Source: Chthonomonadales bacterium
GTDB lineage: Bacteria > Armatimonadota > Chthonomonadetes > Chthonomonadales > CAJBBX01
DNA length: 64,000 nt
Direction: 5' to 3'
Assembly (NCBI GenBank): GCA_038229495.1
Contig: JBBROJ010000008.1
Location: 4,233 to 68,232 of the forward strand
Below are positions 56,210 to 64,000 of this stretch, one piece after another; within the stretch, counting starts at the first letter, position 1; each line of letters starts with the position of its first letter. Under the pieces are notes generated by a model, which was not told where the DNA came from, did not search any database, and worked only from the letters and a program-made list of their open reading frames with translations. Both the position numbers and the translations under genes were made by a program.

Positions 56210-56296
56210 ATGATCATCGGCGAACCGACAACTGAATACTGTATCCGTCGCCGTCGCGAGCGCAGCAGGAGTTTCGCCCACGACGCGTGCCACTGA
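56210..56296 (+). CDS. Arg-rich leader peptide (28 aa, MIIGEPTTEYCIRRRRERSRSFAHDACH)
   Basis: GAGGA RBS at 56198-56202; four consecutive Arg codons at 56246-56257 plus two more; lies between promoter and terminator upstream of argC. Confidence 0.8.
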   Translation: MIIGEPTTEYCIRRRRERSRSFAHDACH

Positions 56297-56393
56297 TCCA
56301 GTGATCCAGGTCGGGCCGTACCAGCCGTGGGCAACTCGAAGGAGTTTGCTTGCGGCCATTTTGGTTTTAGGGTTTCTGAAATCCTGGCGTACC

Positions 56394-56424
56394 AAAGCCG
56401 CAGGCGAGTCCTGGCGGCTTTTTT
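56394..56424 (+). terminator. Attenuator terminator upstream of argC
   Basis: aaagccgcagg-cgagt-cctggcggc-tttttt; its 5' arm can alternatively pair with 56348-56365. Confidence 0.85.
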
Positions 56425-56503
56425 CATATTTTTTCCCGGCCGATTATCGTTGCAGGTAACGGCTTTCATGCAGGTTCAAGAGTAACAATGGAGTTTGGCG
56501 ACA

Positions 56504-57541
56504 ATGGACACCGCGATTATAGGGGCATCGGGATACGGAGGGGGCGAGCTTCTCCGGTGGCTTTCGTGGCACCCCGAGGCGCGCGTAAAGGTAGCGACCT
56601 CGAACACATATGCCGGGCAGCCGGTCTCCGCGAGCTTTCCTGGGCTGGCGAAGCGGCTCGAGCTGACTTTCTCCGATGGCTCGGACCCTCTGGACGTGAG
56701 TAATTGCGAGGTCGTCTTCCTTGCGAGGGACAACGGCGTCGCCATGAAGGTCGCTCCCGAGCTGCTTGATATGGGGTGCAAGGTCATTGACCTGAGCGCC
56801 GACTTCCGATTCCGCGATCCCGCCGACCACGCCGCGTGGTACAAGACGACCCACGCCGCGCCGGACCTTACCCGCGCTGCGGTCTACGGCTTGCCGGAGC
56901 TTCACCGAGAGGATATTAGGGCGGCTTCGCTCGTAGGCAATCCCGGCTGCTACACCACGACCTCTATCCTGGCGCTCGCTCCACTGGTCGCGCGCAAACT
57001 GATCGACCCACACAGCGTCATCATCGACGGGAAGTCCGGCGTTTCGGGCGCGGGCCGGAGCAAGTTCGGCCTCGACTACCATTTCTCGGAGGTGAACGAG
57101 AGCACGTCGGCGTACAAGGTTGCGGGTACGCACCGGCATACGGGCGAGATAGAACAGGAGCTTTCGGTGCTCGCCGGGCAGCCGCTGAGGGTCTCGTTTA
57201 CGCCGCACCTCGTCCCCATGACGCGGGGAATTCTTGCGACCTGTTACGCCAATCTAACCGGCTCCCACAGCGCGGAGGAGCTTCGCGCAATCTATTGCGA
57301 ATTCTATTCGGACGCGCCGTTCGTCTACATTTCCGACAATCTGCCCGCCACCAAGCACGTCCTCGGCTCCAACATGTGCCACATCGGGCTGGCCGTGGAC
57401 GGGCGCACGAACCGCGTTACGGTCATCTCCGCTACGGACAACCTCGGCAAGGGCATGGCCGGACAGGCGATTCAGAACATGAATCTTATGTGCGGATTCG
57501 ACGAGACCGCCGGTCTGAATGTCCCCGGCCAGTGGCCCTAG
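56504..57541 (+). CDS. argC: N-acetyl-gamma-glutamyl-phosphate reductase
   Basis: IIGASGYGGGEL, VIDLSADFR, YGLPEL, NPGCY, SGVSGAGR, H.H..EIEQEL, PHLVPMTRGI, DNLGKG.AGQAIQNMN. Confidence 0.97.
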   Translation: MDTAIIGASGYGGGELLRWLSWHPEARVKVATSNTYAGQPVSASFPGLAKRLELTFSDGSDPLDVSNCEVVFLARDNGVAMKVAPELLDMGCKVIDLSADFRFRDPADHAAWYKTTHAAPDLTRAAVYGLPELHREDIRAASLVGNPGCYTTTSILALAPLVARKLIDPHSVIIDGKSGVSGAGRSKFGLDYHFSEVNESTSAYKVAGTHRHTGEIEQELSVLAGQPLRVSFTPHLVPMTRGILATCYANLTGSHSAEELRAIYCEFYSDAPFVYISDNLPATKHVLGSNMCHIGLAVDGRTNRVTVISATDNLGKGMAGQAIQNMNLMCGFDETAGLNVPGQWP

Positions 57542-57593
57542 ACAGCCATTCCACTACGGACGATGTGGACACAAGAAAGGATGGAGAGATAGA

Positions 57594-58379
57594 GTGAGCG
57601 GGAAAAGAAAACCCGTAAAATCGTTCAGGCAGGCGCAACTCACAGCGGTAGATAAATGGATACAGTCCGCATTGGACTTTCTCGATGCTGAGGATTTCGA
57701 ATCGGCGGAAGCGGCGGCTCGGCGGGCCATTGGCTACGCAGTTCGGCGATCGGAAGAGCACATTGTGGCAATGCAGCTCCTCGCCAGCGCAACTTCAAAC
57801 CTTGGGAAGCCGGAAGCCGCTCGAGATCTGATATCTGAAGTGCTGGAAATGGCGCCGCTGAATGGAAGCGCGTATTATGATCGGGCCGTCTATCACGCAA
57901 ACCTCGAGCGATTTGGCCAAGCAGCTCGCGATGCGGAGCGGGCTCTGGCGCTCGATCAGCGAGTGGAACTGGTCCAGGAAGTCCAGAAGTTCATCGCCAG
58001 GAATCAGCCTCACGTCGATGCGGAGTGCGTGCTGCGTTCGGAAGAATTCACCCTTGCAAACTTGATTGCACAAGAAGATATGTATGACAAAGCGCTGGCG
58101 GCGAGCAAAGCAAAGCGTTTTTCCGAAGCCGAAGACTTATGGTGCTCCGCTATCGAGATGGGTGACGCAAGAGCGGTTCCGTGGTGCAATCTTGCCGTTG
58201 CTCTCGCGCTGCAGAAACGCCCGAAAGAGGCAGAAATGGCCCTGGAACGTGCAACTGAACTTGAGCCGGATCATCGGGCCGTAAAGCACAATTCGGACTG
58301 CCTCGCTCGCTTGCTCGAACTGTCTCATTTGGAAGTACTGACAGACGAAGTCGTCATGTTTATGAACGAATTTATATAG
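57594..58379 (+). CDS. Tetratricopeptide-repeat protein
   Basis: Several TPR consensus units (AYYDRA..HA.L.RF..A..D.ERALALD; W.NLAVAL..QKR..EA..ALERA.ELEP). Confidence 0.8.
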   Translation: MSGKRKPVKSFRQAQLTAVDKWIQSALDFLDAEDFESAEAAARRAIGYAVRRSEEHIVAMQLLASATSNLGKPEAARDLISEVLEMAPLNGSAYYDRAVYHANLERFGQAARDAERALALDQRVELVQEVQKFIARNQPHVDAECVLRSEEFTLANLIAQEDMYDKALAASKAKRFSEAEDLWCSAIEMGDARAVPWCNLAVALALQKRPKEAEMALERATELEPDHRAVKHNSDCLARLLELSHLEVLTDEVVMFMNEFI

Positions 58380-58419
58380 CATCGACCGTGATCTCTCTAC
58401 GCTTTACCGATGAACAGCA

Positions 58420-58932
58420 ATGAGCGGATTTACAGGGACAATTTTAAGGCAGTTACTGCTGAGGCCGCGCGTTAAACGGGCGACGTGGCCGCAGCTCTGC
58501 GCGGCGGCGATGGCGCTGCACGAGCGATTTGCCGCGATGATCGACGGCGTCACGGAGGCGGGCGCAGCCGTGGAGGGGGATGATGGGTTCTCTCTGCGTT
58601 CCATCTTCTCCCACCTGGCGACGGAGAACCGCCGCACCGCCGCTGTGCTAGACGCCATCCAGCGCGGGATGCCGCCTGGTGCTGTCCCGCCTGTGATTGC
58701 ACGGACTCTGTCCGAGGCGCGGGCGGCCTACGCGGATTCGTGGCGGATGCTCGGCGAGGCGGCCGCCGCGCCCATTGCAAGCCCGGCGACCGTAGAGCAC
58801 GAGATGTTCGGCCCGCTCAGCGCGGCGGAATGGCTGGCGCTGGTCGGCTACCAGCACGAGCTGCACGCCCGGCGTATCGAGCGGATCATGGCGTCGGAAA
58901 AGTACCGAAAAACGCAGGGAGCGGCGTGGTAA
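58420..58932 (+). CDS. DinB/DUF664-like protein
   Basis: SLRSIFSHLA..., H.MFGPLSAAEWL.LV..QHELHARRIERI. Confidence 0.75.
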   Translation: MSGFTGTILRQLLLRPRVKRATWPQLCAAAMALHERFAAMIDGVTEAGAAVEGDDGFSLRSIFSHLATENRRTAAVLDAIQRGMPPGAVPPVIARTLSEARAAYADSWRMLGEAAAAPIASPATVEHEMFGPLSAAEWLALVGYQHELHARRIERIMASEKYRKTQGAAW

Positions 58933-58942
58933 CCCAACAGCT

Positions 58943-59083
58943 TTTTCACCACGAAGAACACGAAGAACACGAAGAAAGACACCAGGAAAGACAAAACCAC
59001 ATTTTCTCTGTGTCTCTGTGGTTCAAAAGTCTTTGACGTTCTTGGTGACGTTCTTCGTGTTCTTCGTGACTTCGTGGTGAAAA
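58943..59083. repeat. 141-bp inverted-repeat element of 9-mers (cacgaagaa)n
   Basis: ttttcaccacgaag... / ...cttcgtggtgaaaa ends; ~40-bp arms; inner ctctgtgtctctgtggtt. Confidence 0.9.
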
Positions 59084-59106
59084 TAGTCTTTGAAGGAGAT
59101 GTGACC

Positions 59107-60330
59107 GTGATTACGGTTTGGAAAGAGCAGGCGGACGCGGGAGTTACCTTCGCGGAGGGCTTTGTGGCGGCCGGGGTGCGTTGCGGATTGAAGACGGAGG
59201 GAGGCGACCTCGCCCTCATCGTCTGCGACAGCGCGGCCACCGTGGCCGGCGTATTCACCACGAACTTCGTGCAGGCCAGCTGTGTCACCTGGTCTCGCCG
59301 GGTGGTGCGGACAGGCGCGGCGCGCGCCATCCTCTGCAACGCCGGCAACGCAAACGCCTGCAACGGCGAGCGGGGCGAGGAGGACACCCGCGCGATGGCG
59401 GGACTGGTAGCGCACGACCTGAAGATCAGCCCCGGCGAGGTTCTGATCGCCTCAACCGGGATCATCGGGCATCCGATGCCGATGGAAAAGATCGAAGCGG
59501 GCGTCCCGGCGGTAGTTGAGGCGCTGGATCGCGAAGGCAGCGTTGACATGTCCGTCGCGCGGGCCATCATGACCACCGATACGCGGCCCAAGACGATTGC
59601 CGCGGCCTGTGATTCCGATGCCTGGACCGGCGCGATGCGAATCGGCGGCAGCTGTAAAGGCTCCGGCATGATCGCGCCTAACATGGCGACCATGCTCTGT
59701 TTCGTCACCTGCGACGCGCGCATCCCCTCGCCGCTCCTCCAGAAGGCGCTCTCGCGCGCGGTGGCGCGAACCTTCAACCGCATGACCGTTGATGGCGATA
59801 CCAGTACGAACGACATGGTCCTGCTGCTGGCGTCCGGCATGGGCGACTGCCGCATATCCGTGGAAGGCCCCGCCTACGAGGATTTTTGCGAGGCGCTGGA
59901 GCGGATATGCCTCCAACTTGCCAAAGAGGTCGCACGCGACGGCGAGGGGGCGACAAAGCTGGTCGAGGTCGTCGTCCAGGGCGCATTGTCCGAAGACGGC
60001 GCCGCGAAGATCGCAAAAACGATTGCCGAATCGCCGCTCGTCAAGACCGCTCTGTTCGGCTGCGACCCCAACTGGGGCCGAATTCTGATGGCGGCGGGCC
60101 GCGCGGGCGTTGCATTCGCCGCCGAGCATGCCGAAGTGCTGCTCGGCGATATCTCCGTCTTCCTCGACGGATCGGGCGTCGCCTTCGACGAGCTGGCTGC
60201 CCACGACTACCTCAAGTCTCCCGAAGTCCGAATCACGCTCGACCTCCACGCCGGCGAATCCTCCGCCACCGTCTGGACCTGCGACTACTCCTACGACTAT
60301 ATCCGAATTAATGCGGAGTACCGTACTTGA
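59107..60330 (+). CDS. argJ: Ornithine acetyltransferase / N-acetylglutamate synthase ArgJ
   Basis: AGVFTTN, NAGNANAC.G, ASTGIIG, IMTTDT.PK, KGSGMIAPNMATML, DGDTSTND, DGEGATK, S.LVKTA.FG.DPNWGRI, WTCD.S.DYIRINAEY. Confidence 0.97.
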   Translation: MITVWKEQADAGVTFAEGFVAAGVRCGLKTEGGDLALIVCDSAATVAGVFTTNFVQASCVTWSRRVVRTGAARAILCNAGNANACNGERGEEDTRAMAGLVAHDLKISPGEVLIASTGIIGHPMPMEKIEAGVPAVVEALDREGSVDMSVARAIMTTDTRPKTIAAACDSDAWTGAMRIGGSCKGSGMIAPNMATMLCFVTCDARIPSPLLQKALSRAVARTFNRMTVDGDTSTNDMVLLLASGMGDCRISVEGPAYEDFCEALERICLQLAKEVARDGEGATKLVEVVVQGALSEDGAAKIAKTIAESPLVKTALFGCDPNWGRILMAAGRAGVAFAAEHAEVLLGDISVFLDGSGVAFDELAAHDYLKSPEVRITLDLHAGESSATVWTCDYSYDYIRINAEYRT

Positions 60331-60783
60331 GGGATGAGGGATGAGGGATGAGTAGAATCGACAGATTTGAAGATTTGATTGCATGGCAAAAGGCGCGAGC
60401 GCTTACTAAAGCAGTATACGAAATTTCGCGACAGGGCGCGTTCTCGTAAGACTACGGTCTTGCAAGCCAGATTCAACGCGCGGCAGTGTCAGTCATGTCA
60501 AATATTGCAGAGGGTAACGAGCGAGGTAGAACCGCTGAATATTTCAACTTTCTTTGTATCGCGAAGGCTTCCTGCGCTTAGCTTCGCTCACAATTGTATG
60601 TCGCGTTCGATGCGGGCTACATAGATCGCGACGCGTTCGATCATCTACGGAACCAGGCCGAAGAGGTTGGAAGGGTGGTTGGCGGCCTTCGCGCTTCCAT
60701 TGAGAGACTAAAGAATTCATGAGCATACGATCAGCAGAGCCAGTGAGGGACTCTCATCCCTCATCCCTCATCCCTCATCCCTC
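60328..60783. mobile_element. Heptamer-array-flanked four-helix-bundle cassette
   Basis: (tgaggga)x3.5 at 60328-60352 and inverted (ctcatcc)x4 at 60753-60783 bracket a four-helix-bundle pseudogene. Confidence 0.7.
60348..60722 (+). pseudogene. Four-helix-bundle (IVS/23S rRNA-IVP-like, TIGR02436-type) protein with two nonsense codons
   Basis: FEDLIAWQKAR.L...VY...[22 protein letters not shown].......FL.IAKASCA.LRSQLY.A.D.GYI; TAA at 60447-60449, TAG at 60579-60581; missed by the ORF track. Confidence 0.9.
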
Positions 60784-61639
60784 GGACGCCGCTCTCCGGG
60801 CGGGCGTCCTCATCGAAGCGCTGCCCTATCTGCGGCAGTTCTACGGAAAGACGCTTGTCGTGAAGTATGGCGGCAATGCTATGATCGACGACACGCTGAA
60901 GGGGCAGGTGATGCAGGACATCGCGCTGCTACACTACGTGGGAATCAGGCCGATTCTGGTACACGGCGGCGGGCCGGAGATCTCGGCGTTGATGAAGCAG
61001 ATGGGTCATGAGCCGACCTTCGTTGGCGGCCTGCGCGTTACGGATGCGGCGACCATGGAGATTGTAGAGATGGCACTGGCGGGCAAGGCCAACAAGGGGA
61101 TTGTGGCGCTGCTGAACCGGCAGGGGGCGAAGGCGGTGGGTCTGAGCGGCAAGGACGCAAACCTCATCGTGGCGCACAAGATGGAGTCGCCGAACGGGGA
61201 CCTTGGATTCGTGGGCGAGATCGAGCAGATCAATGCCGCCCTTCTCAAACTGTTGGCGGACGAGGGCTATATTCCGGTCATCTCGTCGGTGGCGATTGGC
61301 GAGGACGGCGAATCATACAACGTAAACGCCGACCACGCCGCCGGCGCAATCGCGGCGGAGGTGAAGGCCGCGAAGCTGATTATTCTGACGGATGTCGAGG
61401 GACTGTACGCCAACTATCCGGACAAGGATTCGCTCATCTCGGAGATGGACATTGCGCGGGCAAAGGAAATGCTTGCCTCCGGCGCGGCGGAGAAGGGTAT
61501 GATTCCGAAGGTGGAGGCCTGCATCACCGCATTAGAAGGCGGCGTCGAGCGCGCCCACATGATCGATGGCCGCCTTCCCCACGCGATTCTCATCGAGGTC
61601 TTCACCGATACCGGAATCGGGACTATGATTCGGGCATGA
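60719..61639 (+). CDS. argB: Acetylglutamate kinase
   Basis: LIEALPY..QF.GKTLVVKYGGNAM, VHGGGPEI, GLRVTD, GLSGKD, GFVGEI, YNVNAD, LTDV.G, GMIPKV, DGRLPH.ILIE.FTD.GIGT. Confidence 0.97.
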   Translation: MSIRSAEPVRDSHPSSLIPHPSDAALRAGVLIEALPYLRQFYGKTLVVKYGGNAMIDDTLKGQVMQDIALLHYVGIRPILVHGGGPEISALMKQMGHEPTFVGGLRVTDAATMEIVEMALAGKANKGIVALLNRQGAKAVGLSGKDANLIVAHKMESPNGDLGFVGEIEQINAALLKLLADEGYIPVISSVAIGEDGESYNVNADHAAGAIAAEVKAAKLIILTDVEGLYANYPDKDSLISEMDIARAKEMLASGAAEKGMIPKVEACITALEGGVERAHMIDGRLPHAILIEVFTDTGIGTMIRA

Positions 61640-61674
61640 AAAGACGATTAACACTTAACGGGAGGACGATTGCA

Positions 61675-62142
61675 ATGAAGAAGTTTGGGATACTGCTGTG
61701 CTGTATGTTATGCGTAATTCTGATTGCCGGTACGCGGGTCACCGCGCGGGCGGACATCAAGTCCGACATGATCGCTATTATGGACAAGCTAGGAGTGGAC
61801 AAGCCGGGAAATGAGGCGCTGATCGATTGGGATCACCTCGTCATCAACACGCCGCAGACCAAGGGAATGAATCTGAACTCCATGTACAAGTCGATGGATG
61901 CAAAGAACAAAAAGGCCTTCCGCACCAGCTTCCTGAAGTCGTTCGCATCCTCGTTCAAGCAGAGCTCCGGCGGGCACAAATTCTCTGAAACCGCCAAGCT
62001 GAAGGGCGCGATCACAGTCGACGGTAAAGGCGGTCATCCAACGATGACACTTCATCAGAAGCAGACCAAAGGCGACCTGAAGATATTCTATATACGTAAG
62101 GGCAAGCAGCTTCTCTTCCAGGGGATGGAGAGCAAGAGTTAA
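61675..62142 (+). CDS. Exported hypothetical protein
   Basis: GGAGG RBS, signal peptide (MKKFGILLCC...ARA), Lys-rich body. Confidence 0.7.
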   Translation: MKKFGILLCCMLCVILIAGTRVTARADIKSDMIAIMDKLGVDKPGNEALIDWDHLVINTPQTKGMNLNSMYKSMDAKNKKAFRTSFLKSFASSFKQSSGGHKFSETAKLKGAITVDGKGGHPTMTLHQKQTKGDLKIFYIRKGKQLLFQGMESKS

Positions 62143-62203
62143 GTCGCCAAACGCCCTCACGGGCGAAATTGCTAACCCGAGCTTGAATTCATCCTTATTG
62201 GAA

Positions 62204-62260
62204 TTTACCGTCCGGAGGACGTTCGGCCGTGGGCCCCCCAGACACGCGTTTTACACGCGG
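62204..62260 (+). repeat. Partial copy of the MITE/REP family (tttaccgtccgg...cgttttacacgcg)
   Basis: Matches the core and right end of 15020-15078. Confidence 0.65.
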
Positions 62261-62328
62261 GGTACGACAGATGTATACGCGCGGACCCAGCTCCGGTTTT
62301 AACCGCTTGCTCCGAAAGGAAACCAATC

Positions 62329-63549
62329 ATGACCACCCTGACACATGAACAGATTAATACCGCGGACATCATGGCGCTTGACCGCGAAGTCGTGATGGGC
62401 ACGTACGCGCGTCAGCAGGTGGTCTTCGTGCGTGGCGAGGGCGCGCGCCTTTGGGATTCGGAAGGCCGGGAGTATCTGGACTTTCTGGCCGGAATCGCGG
62501 TCTGCGGCGTCGGGCACTGTCATCCGAGGGTCGCGCGGGCGATAGCCGAGCAGGCGCGCACGCTCATGCACGTCTCGAATCTGTTTCACAACCCGCTGCA
62601 AGCCGAGCTTGCGAAGCGGCTTACCGAACTGACCGGCATGCGGAAGGCCTTCTTCTGCAACTCGGGGGCGGAGGCCAACGAAGCGGCGATTAAGATCGCC
62701 CGCAAGTGGGGCAAGGCGCATAAGGGGCCGGACTGCCACGAGATAATCACGTTCCACGGCTCCTTCCACGGCAGGACGCTCGCGACCGTCACGGCGACCG
62801 CGCAGCCGAAGTACCAGGCCCCGTTCACGCCGCTGCCCGAAGGATTCCGCTATCTGCCGCTGAATGACCTTGCCGCGCTGGATGAGGCGCTCGGCGAGCA
62901 GACCTGCGCCGTGATGATCGAGCCGATTCAGGGCGAGAGCGGCGTCAACGTGGTCGCGCCGGAGTTTCTGGCGGCGATTCGCGCGCTCTGCGACGAAAGC
63001 GAGACGCTGCTGATTCTGGACGAGGTGCAGTGCGGTCTCGGGCGTACCGGGCATTTCCTCGCGAGCCAGCGGGCGGGAGTGCAGGGCGACATCGTGACGC
63101 TTGCCAAAAGTATCGCGGACGGCATGCCAATGGGCTGCTGCCTTGCGCGAGGCAGCGCCGCCGATACGCTCGTCCCCGGCGACCACGGCTCTACCTTCGG
63201 CGGACAGCCGCTCGCCTGCGCCGCGGCCCTGGCCGTGCTGGACGTGATTGAGGAGGAGGGCCTTCTGGAGAACGCCGCGCGAGTCGGGGCCTATTTCCTC
63301 GACGGTCTGCGGCAGCTCCAATTCCGGCTGCCGGGCGTCATCATGGAAGCGCGGGGCGCGGGCCTCATGGTCGGCCTGGAGCTGAGCGTTCCCCATGCGA
63401 AAGAGACGAATCGCGGATTGATGGAGCGCGGAATCATCGCCAATGTCATCGGAGATACTGTCCTTCGCTTCCTTCCGCCGCTCATCGTCACCAAAGCCGA
63501 CTGCGACCGCGTCATCGAGGCGTTGGTAGGAATACTAACGGCAATTTAA
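62329..63549 (+). CDS. argD: Acetylornithine aminotransferase
   Basis: YLDFLAGIAV..VGH.HP, FFCNSGAEANEAAIK, FHGRT, EPIQGESG, DEVQCG.GRTG, DIVTLAK, GDHGSTFGG.PLAC, LRFLPPL. Confidence 0.96.
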   Translation: MTTLTHEQINTADIMALDREVVMGTYARQQVVFVRGEGARLWDSEGREYLDFLAGIAVCGVGHCHPRVARAIAEQARTLMHVSNLFHNPLQAELAKRLTELTGMRKAFFCNSGAEANEAAIKIARKWGKAHKGPDCHEIITFHGSFHGRTLATVTATAQPKYQAPFTPLPEGFRYLPLNDLAALDEALGEQTCAVMIEPIQGESGVNVVAPEFLAAIRALCDESETLLILDEVQCGLGRTGHFLASQRAGVQGDIVTLAKSIADGMPMGCCLARGSAADTLVPGDHGSTFGGQPLACAAALAVLDVIEEEGLLENAARVGAYFLDGLRQLQFRLPGVIMEARGAGLMVGLELSVPHAKETNRGLMERGIIANVIGDTVLRFLPPLIVTKADCDRVIEALVGILTAI

Positions 63550-63675
63550 CCGCCCGGTTCGCTAGAGACGCAGAGCAAACAGAGAAAGGCTTATACCGCC
63601 AGACACTGTTGAATTCTACGCTTGCCTTCGTATTTTCTCTGCGATCTCTGTGTCTCTAGCGAAGCGGGCGGTTAA
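63546..63675. repeat. 130-bp inverted-repeat element with 9-mer-like arms; the argD stop TAA forms its left end
   Basis: ttaaccgccc..ttcgctagagacgcagag / ctctgtgtctctagcgaa..gggcggttaa. Confidence 0.85.
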
Positions 63676-63705
63676 TTCGTCTTTGACGTTTGAGGAGGAT
63701 TGGTT

Positions 63706-64000
63706 ATGTGGCAGCGGTTTTCGGAACGCGCGCGAAAGGTGATTTTCTTCTCTCAGGAAGAAGCTGGACGATTAGGACAAAATTGTGTTTCGACCGAGCA
63801 TTTGCTCCTCGGCCTTTTGCGCGAGAATGACACTGTCGCTGCACGAATTATCGAGAGATTGGGCTTCGACTTAATTCGAATCAGAGGCGAGGTAGATAGG
63901 CGGGCGCCTTGTGGAGAAGAGCGACCGGGACAGGAAATGTGTTTGGTTCCCGATGCCAAGCAGGTTATCGATTTTGCCTACGAGGAAGCTCAACGTATAG
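63706..64000 (+). CDS. Clp N-terminal (Clp_N) domain protein, truncated by window end
   Basis: GAGGAGG RBS; MWQRFSERARKVIFFSQEEA.RLG...V.TEHLLLGLLRE; whether an AAA domain follows cannot be seen. Confidence 0.85.
   Translation, partial: MWQRFSERARKVIFFSQEEAGRLGQNCVSTEHLLLGLLRENDTVAARIIERLGFDLIRIRGEVDRRAPCGEERPGQEMCLVPDAKQVIDFAYEEAQRI

Noticed and set aside
56430-56503. T-box riboswitch or ARG boxes upstream of argC
   Set aside because: No T-box consensus (AAGGTGGcACC) or stem-I motifs, and no clear TGAAT-N4-ATTCA ArgR operator; the leader-peptide model explains the region better.

Overview
This is a GC-rich bacterial chromosome segment that spans the replication origin. Armatimonadota is my tentative lineage call, inferred from PEP-CTERM, DUF1553/DUF1501, outer-membrane beta-barrel, LCP, SpoIID and an 'MWQRF.ERAR' Clp-N protein. 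Core content: dnaA-oriC-recF-DUF721 (no dnaN or gyrB), proS, rpsA, coaE, rph, accD/accA, pheA, gdhA, argC-argJ-argB-argD, tRNA-Gln(CTG), tRNA-Gly(CCC), an ABC exporter, a UvrD-family helicase, and several secreted hydrolases and glycosyltransferases. Main observations beyond standard annotation: (1) An Arg-rich leader peptide (MIIGEPTTEYCIRRRRERSRSFAHDACH) with alternative protector/antiterminator/terminator pairings upstream of argC, a candidate ribosome-mediated arginine attenuator. (2) A coupled two-gene cassette after DUF721 (UDG-superfamily-like plus Nmad2-like), a candidate system acting on modified DNA. (3) About 19 arrays of 7-, 8- and 9-mer tandem repeats, often in inverted pairs. One pair brackets a dead four-helix-bundle gene, and others are translated inside proS, cbiX and argB. 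(4) An oriC built from TTATGCAC boxes, alongside an altered DnaA recognition helix. (5) An orphan polA 3' end next to a small element with paired 35-bp-periodic terminal motifs. (6) MITE/REP families, RHS remnants, and a ~150-nt closed-stem RNA candidate. No CRISPR array, rRNA, integrase or intact transposase was seen. All family assignments come from motif recognition by eye; no database searches were run.
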